Positions 60,701 to 64,000 of a stretch of 64,000 bases of DNA are shown here, one piece after another; within the stretch, counting starts at the first letter, position 1; each line of letters opens with the position of its first letter. Location: contig OZ249436.1 of the NCBI GenBank assembly GCA_965235115.1, positions 11,658,001-11,722,000 of the forward strand, read 5' to 3'. Made by a program: the position numbers and the translations under genes. Below the pieces are notes generated by a model. That model did no database searches. It worked only from the letters and a program-made list of their open reading frames with translations, and was not told the origin of the DNA. This stretch comes from Laetmonice hystrix (lineage: Eukaryota).

Positions 60701-60877
60701 TTTTACCGCTAGGTGTCCCCCATTAAAGCACCAATCAGAGAGGTGATGCGGGCACAGGAACACAACAAGGAAACTCGGGAACAAAAGGCTGCTAAGAAGA
60801 GCGCCGCAAACACCAGCAAAGATCGCACTGAGGTGGCAAGGGACACCAAGAAGTCCGGCATCTGCACACTACTTTAG
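30712..60877 (+). CDS. NWD2: NACHT and WD40 repeat protein (NWD1/NWD2/QUI-1 family), about 1688 aa from 24 constitutive exons, C-terminal CaaX
   Basis: All GT-AG introns are phase-compatible. DUF4062-like N-terminus ([19 protein letters not shown]...[13 protein letters not shown]...[17 protein letters not shown]), Walker A GPEGCGKS, Walker [10 protein letters not shown], and many GH/WD repeats. NWD1 versus NWD2 orthology is undecided. Confidence 0.88.
33474..33619 (+). CDS. NWD exon 2 (ATG 33475 is an alternative start)
   Basis: tttcag / gtaatt; encodes MSCPSEN...[11 protein letters not shown]. Confidence 0.85.
33850..34052 (+). CDS. NWD exon 3 (DUF4062-like)
   Basis: acgcag / gtacgc; [12 protein letters not shown]...SVGPFFL. 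Confidence 0.9.
34288..34387 (+). CDS. NWD exon 4
   Basis: gtgaag / gtagag; [21 protein letters not shown]. Confidence 0.88.
34629..34731 (+). CDS. NWD exon 5
   Basis: tttcag / gttcac; [21 protein letters not shown]. Confidence 0.85.
35169..35320 (+). CDS. NWD exon 6
   Basis: ctgcag / gtgatc; phase 2 to 1; [26 protein letters not shown]. Confidence 0.8.
35418..35492 (+). CDS. NWD exon 7
   Basis: taatag / gtaatc; [24 protein letters not shown]. Confidence 0.82.
35794..37146 (+). CDS. NWD exon 8, NACHT NTPase domain
   Basis: ctacag / gtgaag; Walker [17 protein letters not shown] motif, Walker [21 protein letters not shown]. Confidence 0.93.
37218..37385. mobile_element. TTAA-flanked MITE (Kolobok-like)
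   Basis: TIR A(G/A)CGACAGTCTCGTCC, with TTAA at 37214-37217 and 37386-37389. Confidence 0.72.
37615..37920 (+). CDS. NWD exon 9
   Basis: ttatag / gtaaga; ...[26 protein letters not shown]. Confidence 0.9.
38253..38486 (+). CDS. NWD exon 10
   Basis: attcag / gtaagc; [10 protein letters not shown]...[13 protein letters not shown]. Confidence 0.9.
39443..39835 (+). mobile_element. Degenerate tRNA-derived SINE with V-domain-like core, interrupted by a MITE
   Basis: A-box-like TGGCCCAGTTG at 39452; core GGTCGGTGGTTTCCCCGG..TCCCGTTTTTTCC resembling the V-SINE core (from recall); tail CTATGACCCTGGCTGTTG. Confidence 0.55.
39613..39777. mobile_element. MITE with CA..TG ends
   Basis: TIR CAGGG(C/G)TGTAGCCTG and G/C tracts; TSD not clean. 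Confidence 0.7.
42817..42963 (+). pseudogene. Relic Cys-rich (CXC-like) C-terminus of a DNA-transposon ORF, Academ-like
   Basis: [43 protein letters not shown], preceded by an in-frame TAA; missed by the ORF track. Confidence 0.6.
42975..43875. mobile_element. Harbinger-like MITE with GATC-rich degenerate interior
   Basis: CCCCTTTACAC and GTGTAAAGGGG termini; interior of (GA)GAGATC and AGCGATC motifs on both strands. Confidence 0.65.
47699..47978. repeat. 42-bp minisatellite, about 6.5 copies
   Basis: GGTGTAGAACCCGCCAGTGGAGCTCACTCCCAGAGTGGTGGT at 47741, 47783, 47825, 47867, plus variant copies. Confidence 0.95.
47979..48588 (+). CDS. Putative alternative first coding exon of NWD (Lys/Glu-rich, 203 codons)
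   Basis: ACCATG start with an in-frame TAG just upstream; 610-nt open frame; strong G/gtaagt donor in phase 1 matching acceptor 51231. Confidence 0.65.
49585..51180. repeat. G-poor minisatellite of about 58 bp, about 27 copies
   Basis: TTGCCATAACCCATATTTCATTATACCACTCACCACCACCCTTATTTCTATATACTAC. Confidence 0.97.
51232..51486 (+). CDS. NWD exon 11
   Basis: tttcag / gtaagc; [33 protein letters not shown]. Confidence 0.9.
51646..51816. mobile_element. MITE, GGATCC-containing TIRs, TSD CAACC/CAACT
   Basis: CAGGCGCGGATCCAG ... CTGGATCCGCCCCTA. Confidence 0.72.
52014..52137 (+). CDS. NWD exon 12 (WD40)
   Basis: gtgcag / gttttc; [31 protein letters not shown]. Confidence 0.88.
52351..52538 (+). 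CDS. NWD exon 13 (WD40)
   Basis: acacag / gtaggc; [31 protein letters not shown]. Confidence 0.9.
52715..52885 (+). repeat. Dispersed repeat, homologous to about 21160-21318
   Basis: Shared TATGCAGGTC, TATAATTAAGAAAATACAAATG, GGATTATGAAG and TAGGAATGCAG blocks. Confidence 0.75.
53301..53597. repeat. Purine-rich (GA/GACA)n low-complexity tract
   Basis: Seen directly. Confidence 0.95.
53654..53782 (+). CDS. NWD exon 14 (WD40)
   Basis: atgcag / gtaggt; [10 protein letters not shown]. Confidence 0.9.
53977..54056 (+). CDS. NWD exon 15 (WD40)
   Basis: ttacag / gtatac; [26 protein letters not shown]. Confidence 0.88.
54178..54357 (+). CDS. NWD exon 16 (WD40)
   Basis: ctgcag / gtacga; [26 protein letters not shown]. 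Confidence 0.9.
54702..54819 (+). CDS. NWD exon 17 (WD40)
   Basis: ttacag / gtaagt; DKVCVWT...[20 protein letters not shown]. Confidence 0.9.
55514..56616 (+). CDS. NWD alternative exon: end of a WD repeat plus long S/T/P-rich disordered region (terminal exon to stop 56616, or cassette ending 56395 or 56425)
   Basis: ccacag acceptor, phase 1, [12 protein letters not shown] followed by about 280 aa of low complexity. The 3' boundary is uncertain. Confidence 0.7.
57226..57416 (+). CDS. NWD exon (WD40)
   Basis: ttgcag / gtcagt; [11 protein letters not shown]...[30 protein letters not shown]. Confidence 0.92.
58262..58303. repeat. (GGGGT)n tract, G-quadruplex-capable
   Basis: Eight G runs separated by single T residues. 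Confidence 0.9.
58450..58643 (+). CDS. NWD exon (WD40)
   Basis: ttccag / gtaagt; [30 protein letters not shown]. Confidence 0.9.
58970..59132 (+). CDS. NWD exon (WD40)
   Basis: gtacag / gtcagc; [30 protein letters not shown]. Confidence 0.92.
59422..59617 (+). CDS. NWD exon (WD40)
   Basis: gaacag / gtgagc; [30 protein letters not shown]. Confidence 0.9.
60101..60322 (+). CDS. NWD exon (last WD40)
   Basis: taaaag / gtaaga; [11 protein letters not shown]. Confidence 0.88.
60416..60540 (+). CDS. NWD penultimate exon
   Basis: tcacag / gtcagt; phase 1 to 0. Confidence 0.8.
60713..60877 (+). CDS. NWD last exon, ends ...[11 protein letters not shown] (CaaX)
   Basis: cgctag acceptor; TAG at 60875-60877. 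Confidence 0.82.
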   Translation: MSPIKAPIREVMRAQEHNKETREQKAAKKSAANTSKDRTEVARDTKKSGICTLL

Positions 60878-62694
60878 TTTGGGTTTGATCAAGTACTGCT
60901 ATATGTCATTTTGTTTGATACATATTAAGCAAAAGGATGATTGTTATTGGAAGACGCTATCGTTTAGTAATTTTTAATTGTTTAAATTTGGGTTGGGGAG
61001 TTTCACCATATGCCATGGACTGCTCGGGATATAAAGGACCATTGTGTAGATCTACGTTGAACGCCGTGTTGGCCCGCGCTGTTGTGTACATCCGCACAGA
61101 ACATAGTTCCCCACTTCAATTCCCGAAAGATGAATTGTAGGCGCAGCTACGACTAGGCCGCATAGTAAATAATATTACGTGTATTATTTGAAACGGCTAA
61201 ATCATATTTTTAGTGTGATATCGATAGGTTCTTATAGGTGAGCGGAGTAGGTTATGAAACCGACTTGGGCTGGATATCCAGGGGCTGCCACGCTCTTCGA
61301 CACGTATACGCAGGTCCTTTCAAGGAAATATCTCACGAATTTCAAGGCATAGACGTGTGGCGTTTCGCAAAAAAATATGTCTGCATTGCAGTTCTCTGAT
61401 ATGATCCAAAGCCCACTTACCGGACTTGGCGGATAGGCTATTATGTAGGCCTAAAATAAATTCTAAAAGCAATATACAGGGGCGGATCCGGGATTTTTCT
61501 TCGGGGGGGGGGGGGGGACATAGGTGTATGGGTGGATGAATGGATCCATAGAGCTATACCTGACATGGGCAAGGGTCACTCAGTATAGGGGGATCAGAAC
61601 CCTGCTTTTGAAAAATCCCCCACTTATATACCTGCTGTCCTATTCCCGACCAATGTAGTAGGCCTACCTTTCCGGACAATTTTCGGCCACTACGGGAATA
61701 GGACAGGTAAGTGGGGGGATTAAGGTAGATGTTCGATTTGTACTAGCGAAAATAGATTTCGAATATTGTCAGCATTATTCTCGGGGAAATCACTGATATT
61801 TTGTTCATGAATTAATTCTGGAACTACATTCGTTATGGGCTGTTATCGAAGGTGTACTCTATGTTCAAACGATTCAGAAAAATGGCGGGATTCCTCGTGT
61901 TTGCGTGCACTGGGGCTAGTTTAAATTTTCCACCATCAGGGATATAGTTTCACAGCTGTCCTCCATATGATGTGTTACCAGAATAAACATGAAAAACATC
62001 CAGTGCCATAAAGTACGTCAGTGGTCAGGAGGTGAGCATAAACCCGAAGATTCCGGTCCATCCGGCGGGTGAGGCAATCCCTTGAACGAAAGAAGAACAA
62101 TATATAAAAGCTGTGATAATTACATTACTACAGTGTCTAGTCGGAGAACCATTCAGTGTTCCGATCCGAACAAAGTTTTATAAAAACATATTTCCTTATA
62201 ACATTATGTCCTTTACGTTAGCCATATTCTGACCGTTCTGACAGGCGTTGCCCCCTTCAAATGGTCTATATAATAGACAGACTCCGGCGCCCACCCTACA
62301 TGAGAGTAGAGTCTATCCTTGTTCTTTGGACCAATGCAGGATATGCTAATTGTGCCTTTGGAACATCACGACGGTACTAACGGGAAAATCGTATTATGGC
62401 TGCATGCATGTGTATCATAGCTTACTAGTGTACAGCTTTTCTAGGCAGGGAGCAAAGGAGTCCATTCTTGCCAAAAGGTGCCAGTGAAGCGATAAAGGAT
62501 CTACAGGTATATCCCGAAAGTTAATTGTGAGGTCTCATCGTTTTTCACCACATGTCATTTGCACGATACTAAATGTATATGAGAAAGAAAATGATTCGTG
62601 TACGTATAGGCCTACATATCTGTTGTCATGAAGTACCATGACTTCAAAAAAGTAAATTACTCTATAATAATGCCAATTCTGTATTTGTTAGGAA

Positions 62695-62807
62695 AAACAT
62701 CACCCCACCCCATCCACCGAGACGACCCCCTTGGTGATCACAGGGGTAAGAATGAACCTCGATCAGCTCAACCCCTGGCTGTTCGTAAAAGGCAACAAAT
62801 GGGGCGA
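62695..62807 (+). repeat. Dispersed repeat, second copy at about 63720-63836
   Basis: Shared CCATCCACCG..GACGACCCCCT..CAGGGGTA..TCAGCTCAACCCCTGGCTGTTCGTAAAAGGC(A/G)ACAAATGGGGCGA. Confidence 0.85.
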
Positions 62808-64000
62808 GGGCTGGTGTGGGGAAGTGGTCGATTGACGTATCATCTGTGTGCCATAGATCGATTTATATCTTTCCAGTAGCCTACCATTTTTTCCAACGGC
62901 CCTCCGCCGTACATGGGAGCATAAAGCAGGATTATCTCAACATCTCATCACGGAGATTTAGACAATTTATTTAGCTTGGTGTAGCCTACAATTTTGATGT
63001 CTTTATTTGTCTGTCTACTGCTAGAGTATTAATCACTAGAGTCGCTCGTCAGTAAAAGCTATACCCAAAAGTTTACACCCAGTGTAGATGTGCTACAGTT
63101 TCTTCAATCACAGCCGACGTATTTGTAGCCCTATACTTCAGTTGCATCGAGTTGGGCCGTTTCTTTTCGGGCCCCATACAGTCCCAGCTGGCAGGAAAAC
63201 GGGGAACCATAGAGCCAAGCGCGTCTAAGATTTTCAGCGGCGGAGTGGGAGGGGTTCCCGGGAAATTGTTAAAAATTACGCGATTTCCCGCCATTTAGGG
63301 GGCATTTTAGGGCATTATATTTTGTGGATTCATCGTTCAACGGGTTCAAAACGGCGAGAATGCTTCGCACTTGCTCGTTCAACGTTATTTCGTTTAATCT
63401 AAGAGGGAGAAAATCTATGCTCTGGGGGAGCAGTGGAGCCGGACACCCTGCCCCCCGGACAAGTAGGCCTGATAGCCGCTGCAGCCCCCGGTTTCGATGG
63501 CCTTAAAATTTGATTGCCATGTTATTATGTAGGTCAGTACTTAATATTTCAAGTGCCTCCATCGGAGTTCGTTGAAAGAGGTTGTACCAGGGACGGACTA
63601 CAAATAGGCCTACTTTACTATGTAATGTGTACGTTCATGAATGTTTTAACGGACTTTTGTTATTGAGAAAGGCTTGCGTGTTCAGCGTTGCCGTCGTTCA
63701 TATTCTGTATTTGTCCGGCAAAATATCACCTCCCCCCCCCCCACCATCCACCGGGACGACCCCCTCGAGGATCAGGGGTACGAATAATCCTCAGCTCAAC
63801 CCCTGGCTGTTCGTAAAAGGCGACAAATGGGGCGATTATGTACGACAGTAACATTACAAGTGTTTACTGCGTAATGCGTTTAATGAGGTTGTGCGAGGCA
63901 CAGACTGATATATGATGCACATTACTATGTTTAAAGGGACTCCGTCAATTCCCCCTCAATATGAAACATACCTTTCATCCTTAGCAACACGATATTTAAA

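Overview
This is eukaryotic (bilaterian invertebrate-type) genomic DNA with spliceosomal introns. It is not prokaryotic, and I found no rRNA, intact tRNA or CRISPR array. Three protein-coding genes can be assembled by hand with consistent splice phases. (1) A small Maf bZIP gene (+, coding 8315-8395 + 13817-14254, possibly also 5380-5439). (2) A CYSTM1-like gene (-, 27615-27317 + 26562-26448, 137 aa). (3) A large NACHT + WD40 gene of the NWD1/NWD2 family (+, 24 constitutive coding exons, 30712-60877, about 1688 aa, ending in CaaX CTLL). The NWD gene has two unexpected in-frame modules. One is an internal alternative first exon (47979-48588) that would give a NACHT-less, WD40-only isoform. The other is a long S/T/P-rich exon (from 55514) that competes with exon 57226 to complete the same WD repeat and may remove the prenylation tail. 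Intergenic and intronic DNA is dense in MITEs (including a CA..TG family with 5-bp TSDs), a SINE, a probable Academ relic carrying RFX X-box-like motifs, and many minisatellites. All family assignments come from visual recognition; no database searches were run.
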